The translations under genes were made by a program, and so were the position numbers. A stretch of 63,862 bases of DNA, the filler included. It is 6 parts of 6 records of this genome, joined end to end, with 100 filler letters (N's around TTAATTAATTAA, not from the genome) between each part and the next. Parts side by side here need not be neighbours in the genome. Positions count along the whole stretch, not along the records: positions 14,637 to 23,116 come from SRR20825019_1962; positions 23,217 to 35,997 come from SRR20825019_1968; 4 more parts are not named here. One strand, given 5' to 3'. Of the stretch, positions 19,265-30,058 are shown one piece after another (the stretch's first letter is position 1; each line of letters starts with the position of its first letter). Under the pieces are notes generated by a model that was not told the DNA's origin, did no database searches, and saw only the letters and a list, made by a program, of their open reading frames with translations.

Positions 19265-20701
19265 TCAGCCGATCCAGCCGGTCAACTGGGCATAGACCAG
19301 GAACCCCGCGGCAATCGCGACCCAGATGCCGAACAGCGGCAGGAAGAAACGCACCCAGCGGTCCCAGCTTACCCCCGCCAGCGCCAGCGTCGCCATGAAA
19401 TAGCCCGAGGTCGGATACAGGATGTTCGACAGCCCGTCGCCCAGTTGATAGGCCAGCACCGCGTTCTGGCGGGTCACGCCGATCAGGTCCGACAGCGGTG
19501 CCATGATCGGCATCGTCACCAGAGCCTGACCGCTGCCTGACGGAATGACAAAGTTGAACCCCAGCTGCGACAGGAACATGCCCACCGCAGACAGCGTGTG
19601 GGGGAAGCTGCCCACCAGGTTGCCCAGCCCGTGCACCAGCGTGTCCATGACCTGCCCCTGCTCAAGCATCACTGCCACGGCACGCGCCAGCCCCACGATG
19701 ATCGCGCCCACCAGCACGTCGCGGAACCCTTCGTTGAAAGCCTCGCAGATCCTGGTGGTGGACAGACCGGCAATCAGGCCCACGGAAATGCCCATCAGCA
19801 CGAACAGCCCCGCCATCTCCATCATGAACCAGCCGCGCGTCAGCACGCCCCAGACCATGATCGCGAAAAACCCGAGGGCCGCCAGACCGGCCACCATCTG
19901 ACGGCCCGTGAACCGCAAGGCGGGGCTGTCGATGTTGTTTTGATAGATGGCGCGCTTTTCGATCTCCTTGGCGTCGCCCGCCATCAATCCCAGCTCGGGA
20001 TCGCGGCGCACCCGCAGCGCATAGCGGGTGATGTACAAAACCGCCGCCCCCAGCAAGGCAACGAACAGCACCGTGCGCAGACCCGCGCCCGAATACAGCG
20101 GCAGCTCGGCAATCGTCTGGCCCAGCCCGGTGTTGATCGGGTTCAGCACGCCCGAGGTGAACCCCGCCGTCGTCGCCAACAGCGCCACACCCGCCGCCGT
20201 GATGCTGTCAAACCGCAGCGCGATCATCAGCGGCAGGATGACGGGTACATAGACCAACGCCAGCTCCTGCGTGCCGATCAGCGTCGCCACAACTGCAAAT
20301 GTCACCATCAGAACCGGCAGGATCAGGATCGACCGCGCGGCAAAGCGACGGGTCAGCTTGTCCACGGCCACATCAATCAGCCCCGTGCGCCGGATGACCA
20401 TGAACATGCCGCCAATGATGAACGTAAAGAACACCACGACCGACGCATCCGCCAGACCGCGCGGCACCGCCATCATGAAATCCTCAAGGCCCACAGGGCT
20501 GGACGGGACCGTGCGATAGGTGCTGGCATCAATCGCCGTTCTGCCATTTTCCAGCGTGACCCGGTCATACAGACCCGCCGGAATGAAATGCGTGGCCAGC
20601 GCCGCCAGCGCGGTAAAGACAAACAGGATCACGTAAATATGGGGCATCTGAAACCCCGGCCTGTCCTCGCCTGTCTCCAGTTCAACATCTTGCGTGCTCA
20701 T
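19265..20701 (-). CDS. YfcC family (basic amino acid/C4-dicarboxylate-type) transporter
   Basis: MPHIYVILF, IPAGLYDR, IPSGSGQA.VTMPIMAPL, AYQLGDG; many TM helices; GGAGGA RBS. Confidence 0.88.
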   Translation of the reverse strand: MSTQDVELETGEDRPGFQMPHIYVILFVFTALAALATHFIPAGLYDRVTLENGRTAIDASTYRTVPSSPVGLEDFMMAVPRGLADASVVVFFTFIIGGMFMVIRRTGLIDVAVDKLTRRFAARSILILPVLMVTFAVVATLIGTQELALVYVPVILPLMIALRFDSITAAGVALLATTAGFTSGVLNPINTGLGQTIAELPLYSGAGLRTVLFVALLGAAVLYITRYALRVRRDPELGLMAGDAKEIEKRAIYQNNIDSPALRFTGRQMVAGLAALGFFAIMVWGVLTRGWFMMEMAGLFVLMGISVGLIAGLSTTRICEAFNEGFRDVLVGAIIVGLARAVAVMLEQGQVMDTLVHGLGNLVGSFPHTLSAVGMFLSQLGFNFVIPSGSGQALVTMPIMAPLSDLIGVTRQNAVLAYQLGDGLSNILYPTSGYFMATLALAGVSWDRWVRFFLPLFGIWVAIAAGFLVYAQLTGWIG

Positions 20702-20837
20702 CGCATCTCCTCCCAAGAAATAGCGTTGATCGGTTATAAAATTTCGTCTAACATTTTACGTGTGATATTTTCGAAAAGACAACGCTGCAGAACCGACAGG
20801 ACTTTCAAAATAAACTTGAAAATGACGGCCCGCCCTT

Positions 20838-21497
20838 ATGAACATGACGCCAAAGCCTGACACTCAGCCGCAATACGACAGGGCCTTTGACGCGCTGCTG
20901 CAGGCCTTGCGCGCGGGAAAACTGCGTTCGGGCACCTATTTTTCGATGCCCAATCTCGTCGAGGAGCTGGGATTTCCCATTGCCGCCATCCGCGAGGCGA
21001 CGAAACGGGCCGAACAGCAATCCTTGCTGAAAATCCTGCCCAAACGCGGGATCACGGTGATGGATGCAGGCCCGGAATTCACCCGTCACTGCATGGACAT
21101 GCGCGCCACGCTGGACAAGGAAGGCGCGCGGCGGTTGCTGGCGCGCGGCCCGGTGCAAGGGCTTGACCCCCTGCGCGACAGCCACCAACAGATGCTGACG
21201 CGCGCCCAGCAGAACATGACCCCGCTGCTGCCGCCCCAGGCGATCACCGTCGATCTCAGCCTGCACGACGCACTGGCCGGCGGGCTGGAAAACCCGCTGC
21301 TGGTGCAATGCTATGCCGAGAACCGCAACCGGATCGCGGTGATCCAGAATTCGCGCCCGCTGCTACAGGACCGGATCGTGCCCGCCATGCAGGAACACCT
21401 GTCGATCATCGCAGCGCTTCAGGCCGGCGACACCCAAAAGACCATCGCCGCCATCGACCTGCATCTGGTGCAGACCCTGCGCTGGTGGGGGCTGTAA
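20838..21497 (+). CDS. GntR family regulator (FCD domain)
   Basis: N-terminal wHTH (IREA...LL.ILPKRGI) and FCD His motifs (LH, EH..II.AL, HL). Confidence 0.8.
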   Translation: MNMTPKPDTQPQYDRAFDALLQALRAGKLRSGTYFSMPNLVEELGFPIAAIREATKRAEQQSLLKILPKRGITVMDAGPEFTRHCMDMRATLDKEGARRLLARGPVQGLDPLRDSHQQMLTRAQQNMTPLLPPQAITVDLSLHDALAGGLENPLLVQCYAENRNRIAVIQNSRPLLQDRIVPAMQEHLSIIAALQAGDTQKTIAAIDLHLVQTLRWWGL

Positions 21498-21499
21498 GC

Positions 21500-23116
21500 T
21501 CAGCCTTTGACCGCCGCCCACTCCGACGCATCCGGTGCCGTCACGCGCGGCATCAGCGACAGCAGTTCCGTGGTATAGGAGTGCTTGGGCGCCTCGAAAA
21601 TCTCTTCCGCCGTCGCCAGCTCCACCAGCTTGCCCGCCTTCATCACGCCCACACGGTCGCACATCTGGCGGATCACCGGCAGGTCGTGGCTGATGAAGAG
21701 CAGCGTCAGCCCCAGCTCGGCTTGCAGGTCTTTCAACAGGTTCAAAATCTGCGCCTGGATCGACACATCCAAGGCCGAGGTCGGCTCGTCACAGATCAGG
21801 AACTGAGGCCGCGTCGCCAGCGCCCGCGCGATGGAAATCCGCTGCCGCTGTCCGCCGGAAAACGCATGCGGATACTTGCGCGCCGCGCCGGCCCCTAGCC
21901 CCACGTGGTCCAGCAGGTCCGCCACCACGCTTTGCGCTTCACTGCGGCTGGCGGCCAGACCGTGATGCAGGATCGGCTCGGCCACGATGTCCCCCACCCG
22001 CATCCGCCGGTTCAGCGATGAAAACGGGTCCTGGAAAATCATCTGGATCTGCTGGCGCACCTTGGACACCATCGGCTGCGCATCAGTGCCGCCGATCACC
22101 TGCCCGTCATAGACCACCTGCCCGACGCTGGGCGTGTACAGCCCCGCGATCATCCGCGCCACGGTGGACTTGCCCGACCCGCTTTCCCCCACCAGCCCGA
22201 ACGTCTCGCCGCGCTTGATGTCAAAGCTCAGGTCGTCCACAGCCGTGAAATCACGCCGCCAGGCCGGAATGATCGACCGGTGGCTGACAAAGCGCATGGT
22301 CAGGTTGCGCGCCTCCAACAGGGTCTGGTCGCCGCCCTGCACCGCCTTGCCCCGCCGTCCCAGCCAATGGGTCTGCAGATCAATCACCTGCCGCTCCTCG
22401 GGCGGCGCGCCATCCTCGCGATACTCCAGCTGCGGAAACCGCGCCAGCCGCGCATCGGCACGCGGCACGGCGGACAACAGGCTTTGGCTGTAGGCATGGC
22501 GCGGATGGGCCAGCACAGTCTGCGTGTCGCCGGTTTCCACGATCACCCCGTGGTGCATCACCGCCACGCGGTCGGTGACTTCGGAAATCACCCCCATGTC
22601 GTGGGTGATGAAAATCGCGCCCACGTTCCGCTCGCGGCACAGCCGCCGCAACAGCGACAGGATCTGCGCCTGCACCGATACATCCAGCGCCGTTGTCGGC
22701 TCGTCACAGATCACCAGATCGGGGTTGGCGCACAACGCCAGCGTGATCACCACCCGCTGCCGCATCCCACCCGAGAACTGGTGGGGGTATTCGTTTATCC
22801 GCTGCTCGGGGTTCGGAATGCCCACCTCGGCCAACAAGGCCACCGCCTGCCGGGTCGCCTCGGCGCGGCTGGTGTCGCTGTGCTGACAGATGGTTTCGGC
22901 AATCTGGTCACCGATGGTCAGCAGTGGGTTCAGGCTGGTCATCGGATCTTGAAAAATCATCCCGATCCGCCGCCCGCGTATCCGCCGCATCGCGGCCTCG
23001 GACAGGGTGTCGATGCGCTGCCCGTCAAACCAGACCTCGCCACCCGCAATCCGCCCGGGCGGCTCCAGCAGGCCGATCACCGCATTGCCGATGGTCGACT
23101 TGCCCGCACCGGATTC
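21500..23116 (-). CDS. Dipeptide/oligopeptide ABC ATPase with two fused NBDs (5' truncated)
   Basis: Two Walker A motifs (ESGAGKST, GESGSGKST), YPHQFSGGMRQR and YPHAFSGGQRQR, two DEPT motifs; frame is open to the contig edge. Confidence 0.92.
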   Translation of the reverse strand, partial: ESGAGKSTIGNAVIGLLEPPGRIAGGEVWFDGQRIDTLSEAAMRRIRGRRIGMIFQDPMTSLNPLLTIGDQIAETICQHSDTSRAEATRQAVALLAEVGIPNPEQRINEYPHQFSGGMRQRVVITLALCANPDLVICDEPTTALDVSVQAQILSLLRRLCRERNVGAIFITHDMGVISEVTDRVAVMHHGVIVETGDTQTVLAHPRHAYSQSLLSAVPRADARLARFPQLEYREDGAPPEERQVIDLQTHWLGRRGKAVQGGDQTLLEARNLTMRFVSHRSIIPAWRRDFTAVDDLSFDIKRGETFGLVGESGSGKSTVARMIAGLYTPSVGQVVYDGQVIGGTDAQPMVSKVRQQIQMIFQDPFSSLNRRMRVGDIVAEPILHHGLAASRSEAQSVVADLLDHVGLGAGAARKYPHAFSGGQRQRISIARALATRPQFLICDEPTSALDVSIQAQILNLLKDLQAELGLTLLFISHDLPVIRQMCDRVGVMKAGKLVELATAEEIFEAPKHSYTTELLSLMPRVTAPDASEWAAVKG

Positions 23117-23216
23117 NNNNNNNNNNNNNNNNNNNNNNNNNNNNNNNNNNNNNNNNNNNNTTAATTAATTAANNNNNNNNNNNNNNNNNNNNNNNNNNNN
23201 NNNNNNNNNNNNNNNN
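23117..23216. other. Artificial contig linker
   Basis: N44-TTAATTAATTAA-N44. Confidence 0.99.
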
Positions 23217-23218
23217 TA

Positions 23219-23794
23219 CATCATCATGGTATTACGGGTGGTCAAGGGCATCCACACTTCCAAGCTGTGCATCATGCGGTGATGCCTGTGCCGAAGATTT
23301 CATTGTTGCCACAGGGGAACACCTCCTTGCATGAGCTTTCCGAGAGGCTGGGAGGCCATGTGAAACCGCGTGGGCAAACGCATCATCATCGTGAAGCGCC
23401 GCCGGTGTCGCATGGTATGCAAAACTTGTCTGTGCCCGAGCCAATGACGGTACCACAAAGTGAATATGAACCTGGGACATATCATGGTATTCAAAATGCA
23501 CCACCAGTCCCTCAAGGCAATCCCGCAGCAACGTCTACATTCATTCCACAGATACAACAGGGTGGTCTTCTTGCGAATGGCTATGGCGAAACCCTTCCTG
23601 ATGGCAAGGATATTGCGCAAGAAATGCTCCGCGTTTTGGGCAAAGGTAGTGGAGTTCCGACGGAAAGGCCCATGGAGAATGGTGGTGACTCAGCGAAGAC
23701 TATGGCCTGCGTTCACAGCCCTACAAATGCAACTCCTGGAGAGAGCCCTGTAGGAACTGGATCGCAGCTGGCTGAAATAGTCATTCTTGATTGA
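23219..23794 (+). CDS. Eukaryotic hypothetical protein, His/Pro/Gln/Gly-rich C-terminal exon (5' truncated)
   Basis: Frame open from the contig edge for ~190 codons; disordered composition; no recognisable domain. Confidence 0.5.
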   Translation, partial: HHHGITGGQGHPHFQAVHHAVMPVPKISLLPQGNTSLHELSERLGGHVKPRGQTHHHREAPPVSHGMQNLSVPEPMTVPQSEYEPGTYHGIQNAPPVPQGNPAATSTFIPQIQQGGLLANGYGETLPDGKDIAQEMLRVLGKGSGVPTERPMENGGDSAKTMACVHSPTNATPGESPVGTGSQLAEIVILD

Positions 23795-24150
23795 CACGAC
23801 AAGGCATGGGATGTAACAAAGCTCTTCGGCGAGTTTGCCCCAGTTGAGACTACATGGCCACTCTGTGATGAAGTATTTATGAGCAAGGAATCCTCAGATG
23901 AATATGACAGGTATTTATTTACCCCGATCACAGCCGTAGGCGACGCTTGTGCCGGTCAATGCAGGCCCAAAGCCTTAAGTGGCACAATGGAAGGCCGGGT
24001 TTAGCACAGACCGTCTATGCAGACGGCTGTGGGTCCCCGCGAGCCCGCTTGGCGAGGCCCAAAGTTCTTGTTTCTAAACACCTTTGTTCTTTTTCTTTAC
24101 AAATACATTTAATATGCATAACTCAGACCCATACCCTTTTCCGAGCCATA

Positions 24151-26247
24151 CTATTTCTTCTTGCCGGGCGGCTTGGGCAAGAGACTATCCGTCTCCTTTG
24201 TCCCAACACCCGGGAGACTCGGTTTTGGGGGCAATCTCTTCTTACGTTTGTTCACGTCCATCTTGTTCTCTGTAGCCTTCATCTCCATGCGCATCTCCTC
24301 GTGCTTCTTCTTGGAAGCTTCGCGGATTCTAAGTTGTTCCAACTGCCTCTTGGCAGTGTGTTGCCTCGCGACACTACCAGGCGTATCAGGAATGAGCCAC
24401 ATCGCAAGAAGCTTGATCCCTAAGAACACATGTTCAAGCACAAAGAAGGCAAATGCCTTTGCAATAGTGTCAGCAGATCTAACGGTTGACACAGGAGACA
24501 CGAAGACTAGGTATGCCACATTGGTGAAGAGTGCAACATAAGAGATCGTCTTCAGAGCCAGAAGCCAGTGTCCAATGTCCTGGCATCGCTCCGGCTTCGG
24601 CCGCTTTGCGCACACCGACATCTTCCAGAAGTCTCCAGGAAGTTCAAAGATGTTATTCAGCAAAGCAAGCGCAGGTGCCAACGGGAATGCTGCGGCAAAG
24701 AGTGTAGCATAGCCGAACTGAATAATGAGCTCGGCATAATCATCAAACACATCATGATCCGCCATCTTTGACTCTTTCACCACCCCAAGTTCGTCCTTAT
24801 CATCATGTGGATGCCGGCTATTCAGGAACTTCTTGATCTTCATCTTAATATAGGGCAATCCCAATTCTAATGCCTGTCCAGTGATGATCATGGTTCCAAA
24901 CTGAGTCCCCAGCTGCTTTCTCAGTACCGCCTCACAGTCATTGTCAGGGCAGGGCTCATCAAGAGAGCTGCTGATCCCAAAGATTTCTGAGAGACGTCCC
25001 TTAAAGAATGCAATATAGTATAGCATCGTGAAGGAGTTGACAAACTGGAACGTAAAAACTTTGAAAATGAACGCGTCTGTGTAAGCTATCGAGGTACGGT
25101 GATTCTCCATTTCGTTCAGTGCATGTGCGACTTTGTAGTACACCTTATTCAAAACGAAGATAGTAAGACCAGACCCGACTCCACACACAAGCGACGCCAC
25201 TTTTGGTGAGAACACACCACTCATCTTCAAAATCGTGTTTCCAACAAGCAGTGCAACCACCAGAACGACAAATGAGAAAACAGTGAGATAAGAGATGGGA
25301 TATAGAACCAGTCTCCTCCACCAAGGATTAAAATATATCTCTTCTTCGTTAGTGATGGGGTTCACAACCGGCTTTCCCTTGAAATCAACCCTAGCTTTTG
25401 CTTCATCCTCATAATCCTCGCAATTCCACCGATATGCCATGGAAACCCTTTTCCGAATCCAGAACTCCAAGAAAAATGTTGCCCATAAAATAAGGGCGAT
25501 AATGAACAGGGGTGCATAGATCCGCTCAATATCGTCTCTATTCAGGCGATTCACTATAAACTGACCCACACCAAATCCACTGATCAGCCACAACCAGTTA
25601 GTATAGAACTTGATAAATGCGAAGTACATGGCAACTTTTTCTCCGTAGTAGTTGCGGATCTGTTCTACAGGGAAACTTCTGCATGGGTTAAACGCAAGCT
25701 TGTCGAGCTCTTCTTTCAGCTCATCGTCGTGGAGCAAAAAGCACGATTCCACTCTGCTGCGCTTCCCATACAACTCCTTCATACCAATAGTGTCCTCCAA
25801 AATTTCAAACAACAGTCTGCCTCGAGATGCTGGGGAAAATATCGTGGTCTTGTTCTGATATGTCTTGAACTTATCAACTGTGTCTAGAGTGAAAACTTCA
25901 TAGTGGCACATAATGTGTTCGGAGGGAGGTTTCTTCACTTGCAGCTCGAAGTCGAGCGCCTGGGCTGCAACCCGCAAAGTATCTTCTTCATACCCTATTA
26001 TGAAGAAGGAATCCCGCCGAACAACGACGGCACCTGAGTCCAAGAGCTTTCTTCCAAACCATTCGTATTCTTCGTCTGTTGTCAAGCTATTCATCTGCAT
26101 CACACAATCGAATATTTTGGGGTCGAGATCAATGTCACAGTCAGGATCCATAATAACAGTGTCACCAATTCTGCTAGAGAGGATGGGAGCCTCGGGATCC
26201 TCCTCCAGCCGGGGGGTCTCCTCCTTTTTCGGCTTTGCCTTGCCCAT
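24151..26247 (-). CDS. Anoctamin/TMEM16 family Ca-activated channel/scramblase (intronless)
   Basis: IRNYYGEKVAMYF, ENHRT, KVFTFQFVNSF..LYYIAFF, DYAELIIQFGY..LFAAAFPLAPALALLNN, DIG.W. Confidence 0.93.
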   Translation of the reverse strand: MGKAKPKKEETPRLEEDPEAPILSSRIGDTVIMDPDCDIDLDPKIFDCVMQMNSLTTDEEYEWFGRKLLDSGAVVVRRDSFFIIGYEEDTLRVAAQALDFELQVKKPPSEHIMCHYEVFTLDTVDKFKTYQNKTTIFSPASRGRLLFEILEDTIGMKELYGKRSRVESCFLLHDDELKEELDKLAFNPCRSFPVEQIRNYYGEKVAMYFAFIKFYTNWLWLISGFGVGQFIVNRLNRDDIERIYAPLFIIALILWATFFLEFWIRKRVSMAYRWNCEDYEDEAKARVDFKGKPVVNPITNEEEIYFNPWWRRLVLYPISYLTVFSFVVLVVALLVGNTILKMSGVFSPKVASLVCGVGSGLTIFVLNKVYYKVAHALNEMENHRTSIAYTDAFIFKVFTFQFVNSFTMLYYIAFFKGRLSEIFGISSSLDEPCPDNDCEAVLRKQLGTQFGTMIITGQALELGLPYIKMKIKKFLNSRHPHDDKDELGVVKESKMADHDVFDDYAELIIQFGYATLFAAAFPLAPALALLNNIFELPGDFWKMSVCAKRPKPERCQDIGHWLLALKTISYVALFTNVAYLVFVSPVSTVRSADTIAKAFAFFVLEHVFLGIKLLAMWLIPDTPGSVARQHTAKRQLEQLRIREASKKKHEEMRMEMKATENKMDVNKRKKRLPPKPSLPGVGTKETDSLLPKPPGKKK

Positions 26248-27251
26248 ATTGAAGCCTCTCGCAGAGATGATGAGACCGTAAGCTTGTTTGGAAGACTACA
26301 ACGGGAAGACACCTACACATGTGTATGCAGAGAACCTGGCGTCACACAACCCGCCTCACCACAGCGCCGGTCACTTGTGGGCGGCGGCAGCCTGGAGAAG
26401 CTGGTGGCAATAGTAGATCCCGGGCAGATGTACAACCCTGCCGCCACAAAATGGCGAGAGAGCGTCAGCTTTGCCGGGAAAGCCTAGGCGACGCGCCGGC
26501 CGGATGACGATGCGTTGCTGCGCGGACGGGGGTATCGCTGGGGCCGGCGGCTCCAGGCAGGTCGCGCTCGGTCCGTTGCCGGCGCGGCGGGGGGACCAGC
26601 TGAGCTTTCTTTGTGTCGGTGAGCCCGAGCGGGCGTAGGGATCGCTGTCGCTATAATCAGATACATCATTATAAACCGGGATAATTTTCAGCCACTCTTT
26701 CCCCATTCTTGCGGAATTCAATTAGGGCCAATGACAGCCGAAGATTCAATTTTCACAAGCAAGTTGGCGCATCCGGACACAGCCCCTCCATGAAAGCACT
26801 CCGCATGGCTTGAAGTTGCTAAATAACGATCCTTTTCTCTTGGCCCCCACCAGATGCGGCAGTTCGGGGGCCTGCACGACAGTCAGTGCGAGTGCTGCCC
26901 CCAGGATGAGTGCCGCTCGTGTCAGACGTCGTTCCTCTTGATAGGAACGACAAACAAATTCACCAAGAATGGTGTCCCTCAAAGCATCGTCGTGGAATTC
27001 TCGACATACCGGGCTGGGGAAAGTCGGGTGGAGGCGCATCCCCAGGTCGTACCCGCTTTTCTCGTAGGTCACGGGTATACACATAGACGTTCTGTTGAGT
27101 TCAGCAAAACTTGTCTCAATTCCAGTGCTACTTAGAAACATAAGAAGCTCTGTTCTAGTTTAACACTCGCTACTTAGCAAAATTCCCTCTACTAACTTCC
27201 AAGAAGAATCCGACTGCATTAAATTCTTCGGACTACTGTGAAGACATTCAA

Positions 27252-27692
27252 ATGGGGCGCATTTTCTGTGACTACCTCTCGGGACCAAAAATATTCATGT
27301 GCCGCGACTGCGGGTGCCACTTGGCAGACGACACAGACATCATATCTAAGTCTTTTAAAGGCCGGCTTGGTAAGGCGTATCTTATCAACAGCGTGTATGT
27401 ATCCGTTGCTTTACTTCACTTGCTTGTTACATTGACTGGTTTTATCAGTGTGAACTACACTCTCGGACAGCGGGAAAACAGAATATTAATCACGGGACTG
27501 CATACGATATCGGACATTTTGTGCAAAGTTTGCCAAACATGCATTGGATGGAAATATGTGAGTATCTCATAACATGTTAAACATTCCGACTGACACACTC
27601 TGAAGGAAGAAGCATTTGAAGAAAGCCAAAAATACAAGGAAGGCAAGTTCATTTTAGAGGAGTCTACGCTGACGAAACCCGGTCCGGCTTAG
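27252..27692 (+). CDS. Yippee-like Zn-binding protein; 3 exons (introns 27395-27448 and 27558-27605)
   Basis: Spliced product has CxxC, ISKSFKG..GKAYL.NSVVN, TGLH, DI.CxxC, [22 protein letters not shown]. Introns are GTATGT..CAG and GTGAGT..CTGAC..AAG. Confidence 0.9.
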
Positions 27693-27877
27693 GTGACGAG
27701 CGTGTATTGGGCCCGACCTGTTTGTACATATTCCCCAAACTAACCCCCGAGACACCTGGTTGCTAAGACCAGACGGGCTCGGTTCCGTATTATTTATGTG
27801 CCGCCCTTTCCATACATGTAAACACTGGAAGTATTTTTACCCACATTCAATCAACACCCCATTCATTCATTTTCCAT

Positions 27878-30058
27878 TCAATCATTCCATCTCATCATAT
27901 CACTCGCAATTTCACTGGCCAACTCCTCGCGGCTAACGCCACTACTATTCAGTTGGCTTGCTTGAGTATTAGTGCCCGCATAAGTCAATGCTACGACAGC
28001 CTATGCTAACCTGGCCAGATGATAGACAGCACTGTCGATCCCCAATGTTTCGGCAAGGTACCAATAATTCGTTTGCCGCCGAACTGCTAATCCAGGATCT
28101 GAGTACTGCGAATGGTGCAAAATGGAGAGATGTGTTCCGCGCTCCATCGCAAGAGAATTAACCAAATTGGAACCGTGCATACCTACTCCCGCGGATACCA
28201 AGGACATGGTGTAGAGCTGTTCGGCAACGGATGCTCTTTGTATCCATGATGGCAGGATCCGAATGACATGGGTGGGACATCGACGGAGGACATCCGCCAT
28301 CTTAATTGCGGCAACCAGCTTTTCTTCAATGAGGGTTAGAGTTTTGGACCTGGTAGGGACAAGGGTTAGTTTAGAATGTGGGAATAAGAGAACACCCCCA
28401 CTCGTCAAAATCTTCGTCATCGCGGCGGATTATAGCGAATACACGCCCAGGTGGCGAGAATTGTCCACTCTTGAGGCACCCAAAATCCTCTTCATTCCCG
28501 GATGTCCATATCACAGTTTCCATGTACTTGCGCATGAAATTCGGGCAATCTCTTTCGATTTGCTGCCGTACTAGAGGCATCAGTGTGCGTCGAACGATCG
28601 CGATATCGACTGTGGGTACGTCAGATCCCCAGACGGCCGGAGTCATATGCGAAAGTAGAACTTCTTGGGTAGCAACCACCCCATCGCCACCATACTCTTC
28701 AAGCCGATACCAATGATCAGGAATACCAAGAAGTCCCATGATGTCTTTCACGAAGGGAGCGTCACTGGAGGTGTGAATCCACATGGGCACGCAGCACGGA
28801 CCAGTTGTCACCAAGTTGAAACGATTCCCATCCCACTTCTCGAGGCAAACTGGCGAGTTCTCGATGGGGCCGCAAGCTCTATTGAGCCGCACAATATGCT
28901 GTCTAGCCCTAAGGAATGCCGGCAACAGATCAAGCATCCAGTGAAAGTAATTCGTTGGACCAGAACCCGCCGTTGCAAATGAACCTGCCATGTTGAAAAC
29001 CTGGTATACAGTATCAGTACAAGAATCACCTTGCAACTGTGCAAGTGCACGCCACATACCATTGGTGCCACAAGAACATAAGAGCCGGGGATGTCGACGA
29101 TGTTGTTTGTGTATCGAGGGGCATGATAGTGGACATTGTGTATCCCTACCCACTTCTTGGCATACAGCGTCCCCGCTCCATCGATGTATATTGGCCCATC
29201 GGTAGCTGGAACTGTGGCCACAAAGTGGATACCTGGCCCGGCACTCGTGAACACATCATCAACGCCATCCTCGCAGTGCTCCATGAAGAAATAAGACAGT
29301 CGCTTTAACCACCCGGTTTGCAGCATGGCAACATGTTCCACCAGGCGCGAATCAAACTGGAAAGCAAGGTCAAGACGAGGAACGTTATCAAGACAGTCCA
29401 TCTTGTTGATACCCATCCGAGCTGCCTTCATAGGAGTAGCCGTAAAGCCCGACGTGTGCAGCACGGTGATATTAGGCAGACGCAACCAGTCAGAATGAAC
29501 GACGGGATCTTTTCCCATCGTATTCAGCTGGTTGTCAGGTGGGTTTAGACCTTTGATGGACGGCTGGGCATGACTCCGTGAAGACGTTCTTGGGGACTCC
29601 CGTCCAAAGATTCCTATTTCATGAAGGCGGGCATGCTGATACCGCACATTCAGCTCTGTCCACTCCAGGTAGTCGCCTGGCCGGGAATAAGTGACACCCT
29701 CTTCCTGAAAACTAGTCGTCCTTATTCGGCCATGCATGTCCTGGGGCTTAAGAGGCATAAACCACGGCTTTTGCATACATGACAGGAGAACACGGTTTAG
29801 AGCCCCACTGTTCTTCATGTATCTCCTGGTGAATAACATCATCGCCGCCTTGCCAAGATGGCATTTTTCTTCTAATGACATCGTGTCCGTCCTTTTTGTA
29901 CTCGCCTTAAGTATGGCCGCTGCAAGTTGATTTGCGATATCCCCCTCCTGCTCTCCCAGCTCCAATAAAACATCGCTCTTTACGCTCATGCCTTGAACAA
30001 GAGTACACGACAGAAAGATAATTAGAGCACCATGACTCCCTAACATGAGGGCTACCAT
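27878..30058 (-). CDS. Secreted GT61/DUF563-like glycosyltransferase; introns 29001-29059, 28350-28401 and probably 27957-28010
   Basis: Signal peptide. Splicing joins three ORF-track pieces into one frame containing NYFHWMLDLLP, EQL...S..S..VGMHGSNLVNSL and YWYLAETLG. Last exon is tentative (otherwise the gene ends at 28001). Confidence 0.7.

Noticed and set aside
26746-27141. 131-aa minus-strand ORF between the GC island and yippee
   Set aside because: No recognisable motif and no consistent splice model; could be UTR or a small gene, so left uncalled.
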